From NCBI GenBank assembly GCA_910579485.1, contig CAJTVO010000002.1:7804-71803 (forward strand): DNA of 64,000 nt. The letters run 5' to 3'. The notes under the pieces were generated by a model. The model had not been told where the DNA came from, did no database searches, and saw only the letters and a list, made by a program, of their open reading frames with translations. Below, one piece after another: positions 35,170 through 45,353 of the stretch (positions within the stretch are counted from its first letter, which is position 1; each line of letters starts with the position of its first letter). The position numbers and the translations under genes are program-made. The DNA is from an uncultured Oscillospiraceae bacterium (GTDB taxonomy: Bacteria; Bacillota; Clostridia; Oscillospirales; Oscillospiraceae).

Positions 35170-36054
35170 CTATTCCCCGCCGGAGCGGGCCGCCTTGCGG
35201 TAGGCCAGGGGCGTTGTATGGTACTTTTTCTGGAAGGCCCGGGTGAAATAGGAGTGGTTGTGGAACCCGCAGTTCTCCGCCACGTCGATCACCCGGTAGT
35301 CCGTCTCCGACAGCTGCTTGGCCGCCAGCTCCAGACGGTAGTCCACTAGGTAGGCGTTGAAGCTCATGCCCGTGAACTCCTTGAAGAGCTTCATGAAGTA
35401 GCTCTCCGAGAAGCCACAGCGCTTCGCCGCCTCCTGGATGGAGACCTCCCTGTCGTAGCAGTTCTGGACGTAGTAGAGCGCGTCCTTCAGTCTGCCATAG
35501 GACAGGCGCAGTCCGCCGTCGCTGGCGGCGGCGGGGACGCTGTACTGGGTCATGTGGTAGAGGAGCTGGAAGAGGTTCGATTTCACCATCAGCTCATAGG
35601 TGGAGTGGCTCTCCCGCCGGTGGGCTATCAAGGGCAGGACGCAGGGGGCCGCATCGAGGTTGAACGCGGAGCCTGCGGGCTGGAAGCAGTCCATGGTCCG
35701 CTCCCCGTTCACGAAGGGGAGGACGTATTTGTCGTAGCAGGGGTCTCCCCCGGCGCCTTTGAAGAGGGACGGGTGGAAGATGATATTGTAGTACTCCCCC
35801 TCCGCCGGTCCGGCACGCTCGATGGAGTGGACCGCGTGGGGCAGGACCACCAGCAGGTCCCCGGCCCGGAGGGTATAGGCCTGCCCCCAAAGGGCCGCCT
35901 GGATGCTCCCCGTCTCGCAGTAGATCAGCTCAAAGCCCTCGTGCCAGTGCAGGGGGAAGGAGTGTATCCACTCCGGGATGCGTCCGCGGTAGACGCTATA
36001 GGGAAAGGCGATGCTTCCATGTATTTTTGTTTCGTGCAGCTCTGCGCAGTCCAT
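35170..36054 (-). CDS. AraC-family transcriptional regulator (cupin + HTH)
   Basis: N-terminal cupin (HWHEGFELIY). C-terminal double HTH (SIQEAAKRCGFSESYFMKLFKEFTGMSFNAYL...VAENCGFHNHSYFTRAFQKKY). Start after a GGAGGAA RBS. The track ORF is over-extended by 300 codons. Confidence 0.9.
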   Translation of the reverse strand: MDCAELHETKIHGSIAFPYSVYRGRIPEWIHSFPLHWHEGFELIYCETGSIQAALWGQAYTLRAGDLLVVLPHAVHSIERAGPAEGEYYNIIFHPSLFKGAGGDPCYDKYVLPFVNGERTMDCFQPAGSAFNLDAAPCVLPLIAHRRESHSTYELMVKSNLFQLLYHMTQYSVPAAASDGGLRLSYGRLKDALYYVQNCYDREVSIQEAAKRCGFSESYFMKLFKEFTGMSFNAYLVDYRLELAAKQLSETDYRVIDVAENCGFHNHSYFTRAFQKKYHTTPLAYRKAARSGGE

Positions 36055-36222
36055 AGGCGTTCCTCCGGCGGCAGGTCGTTTTAAAAATAGGATCGTGTTA
36101 AAAAGGCAGGGGTATATTGCAAGAATCATACCACGGAAAAGTGTACAATGCAAGCAGATCGCGCGCCCCTCTTTCAGCAGAGCGGGACGCGGCGGAACAC
36201 AGAGAAGCAAAGGAGCATCGGC

Positions 36223-37962
36223 ATGGAGCTTGCAGCCATCAGACACTTCGCAGACAACAACTACTGCTACGCCGTGGAGGAGGGCCGCTTCCTCATCCGG
36301 CTGGAGACCAAACGGGGGGATATGGCAAAAGTCCGCCTCCACGCGCAGGAAAAATACCTCCCCGTCTCCTATCTGGACACCCGGCAGATATACGACATGA
36401 CCCTGGCCTGCTCGGACCGGTACAGGGATTATTACGAAGCCGTCATTTCCATCGACGTGGTCTGCCTCCGGTATTTCTTCGAGCTGGAGGATACCTCCGG
36501 TCAGGTGACATACTTCGGGAACCACGAATTTCATGACACGTGCGTCACGGACATCGAGCTGATGTTTGACTGTCCCCAGACCCTCCGGGAGGAGGAACGC
36601 TTCCTCCTCCCCAGCTGGGCGAAAAACAAGGTGATCTACCAGATATTCCCCTCCCGGTTCGCCACGGACAAGCAGGTGCCCGACGAGGTATGGTATCAGG
36701 CTCCCATTGATCTGGACGCGGACCTCCAGGGGTCCCTCCGGGGCATCATCGACCGGCTGGATCACCTCCAGGAGCTGGGAGTGGACATCCTTTACATGAC
36801 CCCCGTGTTCCGCTCCGGGTCCAGCCACAAATACAACACCGACGACTACTACGCCATCGATCCCTCCTTCGGCACCAAGGAGGATCTGCGGGAGCTGGTC
36901 CAGAAGGCCCACAGCCGGGGGATGTACGTCATTCTGGACGGCGTGTTCAACCATACCTCCATGAACTTCTTCGCCTTCCAGGATCTGAAGGAGAAGGAGG
37001 AACAGTCCAAATATCTGGACTGGTACTACCCCAGGTCCTTCCCCCTCACCGCCAAACAGGGAGAGCGTCCCAGCTACAAGACCTTCAGCTTCGTGGGCGG
37101 GATGCCGAAGCTGAACCTACGGAACAAGGAGGCGGCAGACTTCGCCATCGACGTGGCCTCCTACTGGATCAAAGAGTGTGATATCGACGGCTGGCGTCTG
37201 GATGTGGCGGACGAGATCCATCACGGCTTCTGGAAGCGGTTCCGCCGGGAGATCAAGGCGGTGAAGCCGGACGCGCTGATCGTGGGCGAGGTCTGGCATT
37301 ACGCCGGTGACTTCCTGGGGGGCGACGAGTGGGACAGCGTGATGAACTACCCCTTCTGCCACGCGGTCCGGGATCTGGTTGCGCGGGGGACCCTGCGCCC
37401 GTCTGAGCTGCTCAGCGATCTGGGCTTCCTCCGGGGAAATCTGCACCGGGACGTGGAGGGGTATCTCTGGAACTTCATCGACACCCACGACACGGCCAGG
37501 TTCCTCTACTCCGCCGGGAACGATCCCCGGAAGCAGCGCCTGGCGGCGGCGTTTCAGCTCCTGCTCCCCGGGATGCCCATGATCTACTACGGCGACGAGG
37601 TGGGCATGACCGGATGCTCCGACAGGGACTGCCGCCGGGGAATGCTGTGGGACGAGGCGCGGCAGGATAAAGATACGCTGGCCTGGTACCAGCGGCTGGT
37701 CCGGCTCCGGCGCCAGGCCCCGGTGCTGACGGAGGGAACCGTCGTCAGGCAGTGGGCGGAGGACGGCGAGGGACTGCTGTTTATCGAGCGTCAGCTGGGT
37801 GACCAGCGTGTCACTCTGGTCTTCCACACGGAGGAGGGGACCGCTTCCCTGCCGGAGCTGCGGGGCCAATACGACCTGATCTCCGGGCAGGAATTTTCCG
37901 GTACGCTGGGCGGTTATGAGGCGGCGGTGCTGGCGGAAGCAGGCGGTGGACGGGAAGTATGA
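36223..37962 (+). CDS. GH13 alpha-glycosidase (neopullulanase/cyclomaltodextrinase/maltogenic amylase type)
   Basis: N-terminal domain (CYAVEEGRFLIRLETK). GH13 regions DGVFNH, GWRLDVADE, VGEVWH and FIDTHD. AAAGGAG RBS. Confidence 0.9.
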   Translation: MELAAIRHFADNNYCYAVEEGRFLIRLETKRGDMAKVRLHAQEKYLPVSYLDTRQIYDMTLACSDRYRDYYEAVISIDVVCLRYFFELEDTSGQVTYFGNHEFHDTCVTDIELMFDCPQTLREEERFLLPSWAKNKVIYQIFPSRFATDKQVPDEVWYQAPIDLDADLQGSLRGIIDRLDHLQELGVDILYMTPVFRSGSSHKYNTDDYYAIDPSFGTKEDLRELVQKAHSRGMYVILDGVFNHTSMNFFAFQDLKEKEEQSKYLDWYYPRSFPLTAKQGERPSYKTFSFVGGMPKLNLRNKEAADFAIDVASYWIKECDIDGWRLDVADEIHHGFWKRFRREIKAVKPDALIVGEVWHYAGDFLGGDEWDSVMNYPFCHAVRDLVARGTLRPSELLSDLGFLRGNLHRDVEGYLWNFIDTHDTARFLYSAGNDPRKQRLAAAFQLLLPGMPMIYYGDEVGMTGCSDRDCRRGMLWDEARQDKDTLAWYQRLVRLRRQAPVLTEGTVVRQWAEDGEGLLFIERQLGDQRVTLVFHTEEGTASLPELRGQYDLISGQEFSGTLGGYEAAVLAEAGGGREV

Positions 37963-39299
37963 GCACCCAGGTATCCGCGCGGTCCTTCACAAAGCTGTAT
38001 ATCCCCATTCTGCTGGAGACCCTCTGCTCCATGCTGGCGGGCATGGTGGACACCGTCATGCTCTCCACCGTGGGTGACGCCGCCGTGGGGGCCGTCGGCA
38101 CGGCCAACACCTACACCTCCCTCTTTATCATCATGTTCAACATCGTGTCCTCCGGCATGACCGCCGTCATGACGCAGTACATCGGCGCAAAAAAGGCGGG
38201 GATAGCCTACCAGGCCAGACAGCTGGGACTGGTTTTCAGCCTCGCGGCGGGGACGCTGCTCTCCCTGTTTCTCTTCGCCTTCTCCGGGAGCGTCCTGGAG
38301 GTCGTGGGCGCGGCGCCGCTGCTCATGGACCATGCCAAGACCTATCTGCGGATCGTGGGGAGCTTCCTCTTCCTTAACGCCCTGATCCCCGTCTTCTCCA
38401 ACTACCTGCGGGCCTTCGGGCACACCAGGCCGCCGTTGGCGGCGGCCCTGCTGTCCAACGGGATGAACCTGATCCTCAACGCCCTGTTCCTGTTCGTCTT
38501 CCACAGCGGCGTGGCGGGCGTGGCCGCCGCTACGGTCATCTCCAGGGCGCTGAATCTGGTCATCGTGATGACCGCCTCCCGGCTCCTGGTCCATGCCAAG
38601 GAGGACCCGGAACGGATGCGCAGCCGGGATGTCTTCGCCCAGATCATCCGGGTGGGCCTGCCCTCGGCCCTGGAGACCGCCGCCTACCATGTGGCCATGA
38701 CGCTGACTATCCGGTTTTTGAATCAGATGGACAGCGAGGGGCTCAATGTGACCGCCCGGGCGTATGCCGTGCAGATCACCAACTTCTCCTTCTGCGCCGC
38801 GGCGGCGCTGGCAAGCACCAACGCCATTCTCACCGGCTGGCGGATCGGCGAGGGGGACTATGAGAGCTGCGACCGGGGCACCAAGCGGGCCGCCTGCATC
38901 GGGATCGCCATCGCGGCGGGGCTGGAGCTCCTGTTCGCCCTCGGTTCCGGCTTCCTGCTCCGGATGTTCACGGATGATCCGGAGATGATTGCCCTGGCCA
39001 GCCGCCTCCTGGTCATCGATATCGCCCTGGAGGTGGGGCGGGCCGCGAATCTGGTATTCGGCCAGGCGCTGAAGACCAGCGGGGATGCCCTGTTCACCAC
39101 CGTTATCGCGGTGATCTTTATGTACCTGTGCATGGTGGGCGGCACCTGGTTCTTCGGGATCCATCTGGGATGGATGGCCGTGGGCGCGTATGTCGGGCTG
39201 GCCAGCGACGAGTGCATCCGGGCGGTGTGCATGGCCCTGCGTTGGCGGTCCGGCAAGTGGCGGACCAAGGGATTCATCCAGAGGGAAAGCACTCAGTAG
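37959..39299 (+). CDS. MATE-family efflux transporter
   Basis: 446 aa, 12 TM-like segments. N-terminus FTKLYIPILLETLCSMLAGMVDTVMLS. ATGA overlap with the GH13 stop. Confidence 0.88.
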   Translation: MSTQVSARSFTKLYIPILLETLCSMLAGMVDTVMLSTVGDAAVGAVGTANTYTSLFIIMFNIVSSGMTAVMTQYIGAKKAGIAYQARQLGLVFSLAAGTLLSLFLFAFSGSVLEVVGAAPLLMDHAKTYLRIVGSFLFLNALIPVFSNYLRAFGHTRPPLAAALLSNGMNLILNALFLFVFHSGVAGVAAATVISRALNLVIVMTASRLLVHAKEDPERMRSRDVFAQIIRVGLPSALETAAYHVAMTLTIRFLNQMDSEGLNVTARAYAVQITNFSFCAAAALASTNAILTGWRIGEGDYESCDRGTKRAACIGIAIAAGLELLFALGSGFLLRMFTDDPEMIALASRLLVIDIALEVGRAANLVFGQALKTSGDALFTTVIAVIFMYLCMVGGTWFFGIHLGWMAVGAYVGLASDECIRAVCMALRWRSGKWRTKGFIQRESTQ

Positions 39300-39318
39300 A
39301 GCAAAGAAAACAAAAGGA

Positions 39319-39350
39319 CCCCCGCAGGAAGGCGTTTCCTCCTGCGGGGG
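39319..39350. terminator. Bidirectional hairpin terminator between convergent genes
   Basis: CCCCCGCAGGAAGG-cgtt-TCCTCCTGCGGGGG with A-rich 5' and T-rich 3' flanks. Confidence 0.6.
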
Positions 39351-39379
39351 CCGCTCTTATTTTCAAATTCTCCCAAGCG

Positions 39380-40267
39380 TCACCGCCGGGGCATGGACCA
39401 GGCCCGGACATCCTTCAGCTCATTATAAAGCCGGACGTAGCTCTCGTGGCGGCTGCGGGGGATCTTTCCCTCCTTTACCGCCCGCAGGACGGCGCAGCCC
39501 TTTTCCTTCGTATGACTGCACCCCACAAAGCGGCACTGGTCCAGATAGGGCCGAAACTCCAGAAAGGACTCCGGAAGATGCTCCTTCAGCTCCAGATCCA
39601 GGTCCTGGGCGTCAAAGGAGCCGAAGCCAGGGGTGTCGATCACCTCGCCGCCGCAGTCTAAACGGTAGAGCTCCACATGGCGGGTGGTGTGCTTCCCGCG
39701 GCCCAGCCGCTGGCTGACCTCCGCTACCTGGAGGGAGAAACCAGGCTGGATGGCGTTGAGCAGGCTGGACTTCCCCACGCCGGAGTTGCCCGTGAAGACG
39801 GACAGCTTCCCCCGCAGCAGCTCCATCAGCTCCGGGATGCCCTTCCCTGTCTCCGCGCTGGTGCAGACGGTGGGAAATCCGGCGGCGCGGTATATCTCCG
39901 CCAGGGGCTCCCCCGCCGCCAAGTCGCACTTGTTGACGCAGACCACCACGCCGCAGTCCTTCAGAGCGGCGATGGCGGACACCCGGTCAATGAGGAACGG
40001 GTCCGTCACCGGCACGGCCAGGGAGGCTACCGCCACCAGCTGGTCCACGTTGGCCGCCGCCGGACGGTCGAAGGCGCTGCGCCTGGGCTCGATCTCCCAG
40101 ACCATGCCCTCGCCCTCGCCGGTCTCCTTTACCTCCACCCAGTCGCCCACCAGGGGGCTGCGGCCCTCCTGGCGGAATTTCCCCCGGGCGCGGCAGGTGA
40201 CGGTCCGACCGTCCACGTCCACGTAGTAGAAGCCGCTGAGGGCCTTTCGTATCCTCCCCCTGCTCAC
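39380..40267 (-). CDS. rsgA: ribosome small-subunit-dependent GTPase A
   Basis: OB-fold N-terminus (GFYYV...VGDWV). Circularly permuted GTPase motifs NKCDL, GNSGVGKSSLLN and DTPG. C-terminal Zn knuckle CRFVGCSHTKEKGC. Confidence 0.93.
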   Translation of the reverse strand: MSRGRIRKALSGFYYVDVDGRTVTCRARGKFRQEGRSPLVGDWVEVKETGEGEGMVWEIEPRRSAFDRPAAANVDQLVAVASLAVPVTDPFLIDRVSAIAALKDCGVVVCVNKCDLAAGEPLAEIYRAAGFPTVCTSAETGKGIPELMELLRGKLSVFTGNSGVGKSSLLNAIQPGFSLQVAEVSQRLGRGKHTTRHVELYRLDCGGEVIDTPGFGSFDAQDLDLELKEHLPESFLEFRPYLDQCRFVGCSHTKEKGCAVLRAVKEGKIPRSRHESYVRLYNELKDVRAWSMPRR

Positions 40268-42237
40268 TGGAACTGGATCTCCTCGTCCCAGAACAGCTTG
40301 TTGGCGGCGTAGATCTCCAGCTTGTGATCGCCCGCCTCGGCCTGCAGCGTCAGGGAGAGGGTCCCGTAGTTGCCGGGGACCTCCTGGTCGAAGACGATCT
40401 CCCGGTCCAGGAAGATCTGCACCAGGACGGGGTCCTCGCTGTAGGGCACGTCGAAGGTGATCGGGTAGGAGATCAACTTCGGCCCCTCGCTGTAGGTGAA
40501 GGTGACGGTGGTGCCTTCCGGCACGCTCTCCCCAGTATCGATGCTCTGGGTCAGAACGGTACCCTCCGGCTCGGAGCTTTCCACTTTGGTGAACTCAGCT
40601 ACCAGATTGAGTGTATTCATCTTATCCTGCACCGACTCCACGGTCTCTCCCAAGCAGGACACCATGGTAGAGTAGATGATCTCCGGGCCCTTGCTGACGT
40701 ACAGCGTCACCATATCCCCCTCTTTGAGGACGGTGCCCGCCGCCGGTTCGCTGCGGATGACGCACCCGGCCTCGATCTCCTCATGGAACTCCTGCTCCGG
40801 GGCCTCCTCAATGGTCAGGTGAAGCTCACTGAGCCCCTTGGTCTGCTGGATGCGCAGACGGGCGGAGCGGGCCTCGTCCCCCACCACATCCGGCATCTCT
40901 CCGGAACGGGACCCCAGGCTGATGGTGACATTAATGGGGATCAGGTCGCCCTTGGCGTTCTTACGGATGCGCTCGGCCTCGGGGTCCTGGCGGATGATCT
41001 GGCCCTCGGCGTACTCTGCGTTGTGCTCATGGCCCGCTTCCACCAGCTCGAAGATGCCCTTGACGGTCTCCAGCTCCTCCGCCTCCTCGATGGTCATGCC
41101 GACAATGTTGGGGACGGAGTACTCGGGGATCTCCTCGTGCTGGAAGCTCTCCATGATGCCGTTATACATCTTCAAGCCGCCGAAGTAGCCCACGCCCAAC
41201 ACCAGCAGGATCATGATCAGTATCTTCCACCAGTTGCTCCTGGGCTTGTCGTAGTACTCATCGTCGTCATCGTCCTCAATGGGAGGCGGCGCATAATGAT
41301 TCTGTTTCGTTCTGGTCACCCCCGTATTCGGGATATATTGGGTGGGTTCGTCTCCCCCGCTCCCTGTCTCACGCCGAAGCTCCTCGGCGGAATATTCGAA
41401 GTTGATGTTGGGGTCCTTGCGGAAGGCCTCCAGGTCCGCCAGCATCTCGTCGGCGGTGGAGTAGCGCTTGTTCCGGTCCGGCGCCATGGCCTTCATACAT
41501 ATCTGCTCCAGGGCCTCCGGGATCTCCGGGTCGATCTCCCGGGGACTGAGGGGCACGGCGCTGAAATGCTGGATGGCCACGCTCACCGGGTCCGAACCCT
41601 CGAAGGGCAGGCGGCTGGTGAGCATCTCGTAGAGCACCACGCCGGCGGAGTAGATATCGCTGCGGTTGTCGGTATAGTCCCCCTTGGCCTGCTCGGGAGA
41701 GATATAGTGGACGGAGCCGATGGCCTCGTTGGAAGGGTTGGACCCGTTGGACAGGAAGGCGATGCCGAAGTCCGTCACCTTCACCGTGCCGTCCCGGAGG
41801 ACCATGATGTTCTGGGGCTTGATGTCCCGGTGGACGATGCCCCGGCTGTGGGCGTGGCTGAGCCCCTTCATGATCTGGGTGATAAAGTGGAGGGACTCCG
41901 GCCAGTTCAGCTTTCCCCGCCGCTCCATGTACTGCTTGAGGGTGATGCCGTCAATAAGCTCCATGACGATATAGTCCATGTCCCCCCGGCGGCTCACGTC
42001 GTACACCGCCATGATGTTGGGGTGGCTGAGCATGGCGACGGCCTGGGACTCGTCGTGGAACCGGCGGCGGAACTCCGCGTCCTCGCTCAGGTCCTTCTTC
42101 AGCATCTTGATGGCCACCATCCGGTTGAGCCGGTGGCATTTCGCTTTGAAGACCACCGCCATGCCCCCGGTCCCGATGACCTCCAGGATCTCATAGCGGT
42201 TATCCAGCATCTTTCCTATGTATCGTTCCATAGTCAA
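40264..42237 (-). CDS. prkC: PASTA-domain Ser/Thr protein kinase
   Basis: Kinase subdomains GTGGMAVVFKA, HRDIKPQN, DFGIA, SPEQA. TM segment WWKILIMILLVLGVGYF. Three PASTA-like repeats. 657 aa. Confidence 0.93.
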   Translation of the reverse strand: MTMERYIGKMLDNRYEILEVIGTGGMAVVFKAKCHRLNRMVAIKMLKKDLSEDAEFRRRFHDESQAVAMLSHPNIMAVYDVSRRGDMDYIVMELIDGITLKQYMERRGKLNWPESLHFITQIMKGLSHAHSRGIVHRDIKPQNIMVLRDGTVKVTDFGIAFLSNGSNPSNEAIGSVHYISPEQAKGDYTDNRSDIYSAGVVLYEMLTSRLPFEGSDPVSVAIQHFSAVPLSPREIDPEIPEALEQICMKAMAPDRNKRYSTADEMLADLEAFRKDPNINFEYSAEELRRETGSGGDEPTQYIPNTGVTRTKQNHYAPPPIEDDDDDEYYDKPRSNWWKILIMILLVLGVGYFGGLKMYNGIMESFQHEEIPEYSVPNIVGMTIEEAEELETVKGIFELVEAGHEHNAEYAEGQIIRQDPEAERIRKNAKGDLIPINVTISLGSRSGEMPDVVGDEARSARLRIQQTKGLSELHLTIEEAPEQEFHEEIEAGCVIRSEPAAGTVLKEGDMVTLYVSKGPEIIYSTMVSCLGETVESVQDKMNTLNLVAEFTKVESSEPEGTVLTQSIDTGESVPEGTTVTFTYSEGPKLISYPITFDVPYSEDPVLVQIFLDREIVFDQEVPGNYGTLSLTLQAEAGDHKLEIYAANKLFWDEEIQFQ

Positions 42238-42256
42238 GTATTCCTTTCTTTCCCGG

Positions 42257-43000
42257 TCACTGCCGGCACAGCAGCACGGCGGTCACGTTGTCCGGCGCGC
42301 CCTGCTCCTTCGCCAGCTCCAGCAGCCGGTCGAGACACCGGTTGTCCTTTGTGCCCCGCAATATCTCCCGGGCCAGCTCCTGATCCGTCACCGTGCCGGT
42401 GAGTCCGTCGGTACACAGCAGCAGGCAGTCCCCTGGCTCCAGGGAGACGGTATAGCTGTCGCTGAACGCCTCCCGGTCCGGGCCCAGGGCCCTGGTGATG
42501 ATATTCCGGTTGGGGTGGCTGCGGGCTTCCTCCTCGGTGATGTTCCCCTGCTCCACCAGCCGCTCCACTACGGAGTGGTCCCTGGTGATCCGGGTGATGT
42601 CCCCCCCGCCGCGGACGACGTAGGCCCGGCTGTCGCCCACGTTGTCCACCAGGGCCTCCCCGTCCCGCAGGATGGCGGAGACCAGGGTGGTCCCCATGCC
42701 CCGCAGTCCGTCCCCGGCGCAGGATCGCTCATAGACGGCGGTGTTGGCGGAGGCCACGGCAAAGGCCGTCACCTCCCGGACCTGCTCCCAGGTCATATCC
42801 TTCCGGAGGTTGCCCATGCAGGTGGTCTGGAAGGTGTCCACCGCCAGACGGCTGGCCAGCTTCCCGCCTCCAGGCCCTCCCATGCCGTCGCAGACCACGC
42901 ACACGGTGAAGCCGGTGTCCTCGCTGACCTGGACGGCGTAGGCGTCCTGATTCTCCCGGCGCACCAGTCCGATGTCGGTCATGCCCCAGATGTTCATCAT
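42257..43000 (-). CDS. prpC: PP2C-family Ser/Thr phosphatase
   Basis: MTDIGLVRRENQDAY, VCDGMGG, LLCTDGL and DNVTAV motifs. 247 aa. Confidence 0.92.
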   Translation of the reverse strand: MMNIWGMTDIGLVRRENQDAYAVQVSEDTGFTVCVVCDGMGGPGGGKLASRLAVDTFQTTCMGNLRKDMTWEQVREVTAFAVASANTAVYERSCAGDGLRGMGTTLVSAILRDGEALVDNVGDSRAYVVRGGGDITRITRDHSVVERLVEQGNITEEEARSHPNRNIITRALGPDREAFSDSYTVSLEPGDCLLLCTDGLTGTVTDQELAREILRGTKDNRCLDRLLELAKEQGAPDNVTAVLLCRQ

Positions 43001-44040
43001 TTCTCCCTCTCCTCTCTTTCCTGCTCCATGGCCTTCCGCCGCAGCTGGCCGCAGCTGGCGTCGATATCGCCGCCCAGACTGCGCCGCACAGTGGCGGTCA
43101 CGCCCTGCTCCTCAAGACGCCGCTGGAACTGCCGCACCCGGCGGCTGGGTTTCAGCGGGCTCTCCGCTACGTCGTTGAGGGGGATCAGGTTCACATGCCC
43201 CGGCATTCCCCGGAGCTTTTTCACGATCAGGTCCGCCTGCCAGCCGGCATCGTTGACGCCGTCGATCATGGCGTACTCGAAGCTGATGCGGCGGCCCGTC
43301 TTTTTGAAGTAGTCGTGGCAGGCCTCGAACAGCTCGTCCACGCCGTAGGCCCGGTCCACCGGCATGATCCGGCTCCGGGTCTCCCCGTCCGGCGCGTGGA
43401 GGGACACCGAAAGGGTCAGCTGCAGCTCCATGTCCGCCAAACGGCGGATGCCCGGGAGCACGCCGCAGGTGGACAGGCTGATGTGCCGCATCCCAATGTT
43501 CAGCCCCAGGGGGTGGTTCACCAGCTCCAGGAACCGCAGCACGTTGTCCAGGTTATCCATGGGCTCCCCGATGCCCATCAGCACGATGTTGGATACGCTC
43601 AGGCCGCTGTCCAGCTGGGTAAACAGCACCTGCTCCAGCATCTCCCCCGGCGTCAGGTCCCGGACCTTCCCCCCAAGGGTGGAGGCGCAGAAGGCGCACC
43701 CCATCCGGCACCCCACCTGGCTGGAGATGCACACAGTGTTGCCGTGACGGTATTGCATGAGCACCGTCTCGATACAGTTGCCATCGTGGAGCTCCCAGAG
43801 GTACTTGACGGTGCCGTCGGCTTGGGACATCTGCTTCCGGGCCACGGACAGGCCGTCTGCCCGGTACGCCTCCGCCAGCTTCTCCCGGAGGGGCTTCGAT
43901 ATGTCGCTCATCTCATCGAAGGAGCGCACGCCCCGGTGGAGCCAGGTGAAGACCTGTTTCCCTCGGAAGGCCGGTTCGCCCAGGGCCTTCAAGGCCGCCG
44001 TCAGCTCCTCCAGGGTCATGGATCGTATGTCTGTTTTCAT
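42997..44040 (-). CDS. rlmN: 23S rRNA/tRNA (adenine2503-C2)-methyltransferase, radical SAM
   Basis: FRGKQVFTWLH N-terminus, radical-SAM CRMGCAFCAS, GMGEP-like GIGEP. The ATG overlaps the rsmB stop (ATGA). The track ORF is over-extended to 44418. Confidence 0.93.
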   Translation of the reverse strand: MKTDIRSMTLEELTAALKALGEPAFRGKQVFTWLHRGVRSFDEMSDISKPLREKLAEAYRADGLSVARKQMSQADGTVKYLWELHDGNCIETVLMQYRHGNTVCISSQVGCRMGCAFCASTLGGKVRDLTPGEMLEQVLFTQLDSGLSVSNIVLMGIGEPMDNLDNVLRFLELVNHPLGLNIGMRHISLSTCGVLPGIRRLADMELQLTLSVSLHAPDGETRSRIMPVDRAYGVDELFEACHDYFKKTGRRISFEYAMIDGVNDAGWQADLIVKKLRGMPGHVNLIPLNDVAESPLKPSRRVRQFQRRLEEQGVTATVRRSLGGDIDASCGQLRRKAMEQEREEREK

Positions 44041-45353
44041 GATCGCCTCATCCTGCAGATGTAAAATCCGTCCGTTCCGTGGCGCTGGGGCCACAGGGTC
44101 AGACTGCCGTCGTTCTCCCCCTCCAGTCCCGGCAGGCGGAAGGGCTCCAAGTGAAACTCCGGCCGGTTGGACAGGAAGTCCGCCGTGACCGCCCCGTTTT
44201 CCTCCGGCAGGACGGTACAGGTGGCATACAGCAGTATGCCGCCGGGCTTCACATACCGGCCTGCGTTCTCCAGGATGGCGCGCTGCACCCGGGGCAGGCC
44301 CGCCAATTGGGCGGGGTCTTTGTAGCGGATATCCGGCTTCTTCCGGATAATGCCCAGGCCGGAGCAGGGCACGTCGCACAGCACGGCGTCGAAAGCCTCC
44401 AGCCACTCCTCCCGGCACTGCCGTCCATCGGCCAGCCCGGCGTGGATGCAGGTCAGGCCCAGGCGCTCCGCGCCCTTTTCTATGAGGGCCAGCTTATGCC
44501 GGTGGATATCGCAGGCCGCGATCTCGCCCCGGTCCTCCATGACCATGGCGGCGGCAAAGGACTTGCCGCCCGGGGCGGCGCACACGTCCAGCACCCGGGC
44601 TCCCGGCTCCACGCCGGAGGCCAGCACCGCCGCCCGCGCGGCGGCGTCCTGGACCTGGAACCATCCCTGCTGAAAGGCGGGCATGGCCTCCAGACTGCCT
44701 CCGCCGGTGAGCAGCCAGCACTCCGGCATCCAGGGGTGGGGCTTGACCTCCGCCCCGGCATCCCGCAGGCTCTCCTCCAGCTCCGCCGCCGTACACCGCA
44801 GAGGGTTGCGCTGGATGGTGGTGGGGACGGCCTCGTTGTCCAGGCGGAGATATTCTTCCGCTTCCTCCTCCCCCAGCAGCTCCACGAGCCGCCGGACCAG
44901 CCACTCCGGGTGGCTGTAGCGCAGAGACAGATATTGGACACGGTCTCCCGCCGGTATCTCCGGCAGGGCGTCCTTCTCCCGGCTCAGCCGCCGGAGGACG
45001 GCGTTCACCATGCCCGAGGCCCGCTGGTGCTTCTTTCGCTTTACCAGCTCCACGCTCTCGTCCACGGCAGCGCTGTCCGGCACCCGGTCCATGAACAGGA
45101 TCTGATACGCGCCCAGCCGCAGCACGTCCCGAATGAAGGGCTCCAGGGACTCGAAGCGCTGGGTGCAGCAGGCGTCCAGATAATGATCCAGCAGCGCCCG
45201 GTTCTGAAGGACGCCGTAGGTCAGCCGGGCGGCCAAGGCCGCCTCCCGGCGGTCCAGTTCACGGCAGGCCGCCTTCAGGCTGCCATCGGACCAGGCGTCC
45301 AGACGGCGGCAGGCCGTCAGGGCGGTCAGAGCCGCCTCCCTTCCCATGCCCAT
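44037..45353 (-). CDS. rsmB: 16S rRNA (cytosine967-C5)-methyltransferase
   Basis: NusB-like N-terminus. SAM motif DVCAAPGGKS, DVPCSG and TCT (catalytic Cys). 438 aa. Confidence 0.9.
   Translation of the reverse strand: MGMGREAALTALTACRRLDAWSDGSLKAACRELDRREAALAARLTYGVLQNRALLDHYLDACCTQRFESLEPFIRDVLRLGAYQILFMDRVPDSAAVDESVELVKRKKHQRASGMVNAVLRRLSREKDALPEIPAGDRVQYLSLRYSHPEWLVRRLVELLGEEEAEEYLRLDNEAVPTTIQRNPLRCTAAELEESLRDAGAEVKPHPWMPECWLLTGGGSLEAMPAFQQGWFQVQDAAARAAVLASGVEPGARVLDVCAAPGGKSFAAAMVMEDRGEIAACDIHRHKLALIEKGAERLGLTCIHAGLADGRQCREEWLEAFDAVLCDVPCSGLGIIRKKPDIRYKDPAQLAGLPRVQRAILENAGRYVKPGGILLYATCTVLPEENGAVTADFLSNRPEFHLEPFRLPGLEGENDGSLTLWPQRHGTDGFYICRMRRS

Noticed and set aside
36055-36954. N-terminal 300-codon extension of the AraC ORF (track 35170..36954)
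   Set aside because: The extension overlaps the divergent GH13 gene on the opposite strand. AraC-family homology and an RBS begin at 36054.
37914-39164. 416-aa - strand ORF
   Set aside because: It is antisense to the MATE transporter, and the product is Gly/His/Asp/Pro-rich with no TM or domain pattern.
40324-42402. 692-aa + strand ORF
   Set aside because: It is antisense to prkC/prpC, which carry unambiguous kinase and PP2C motifs.
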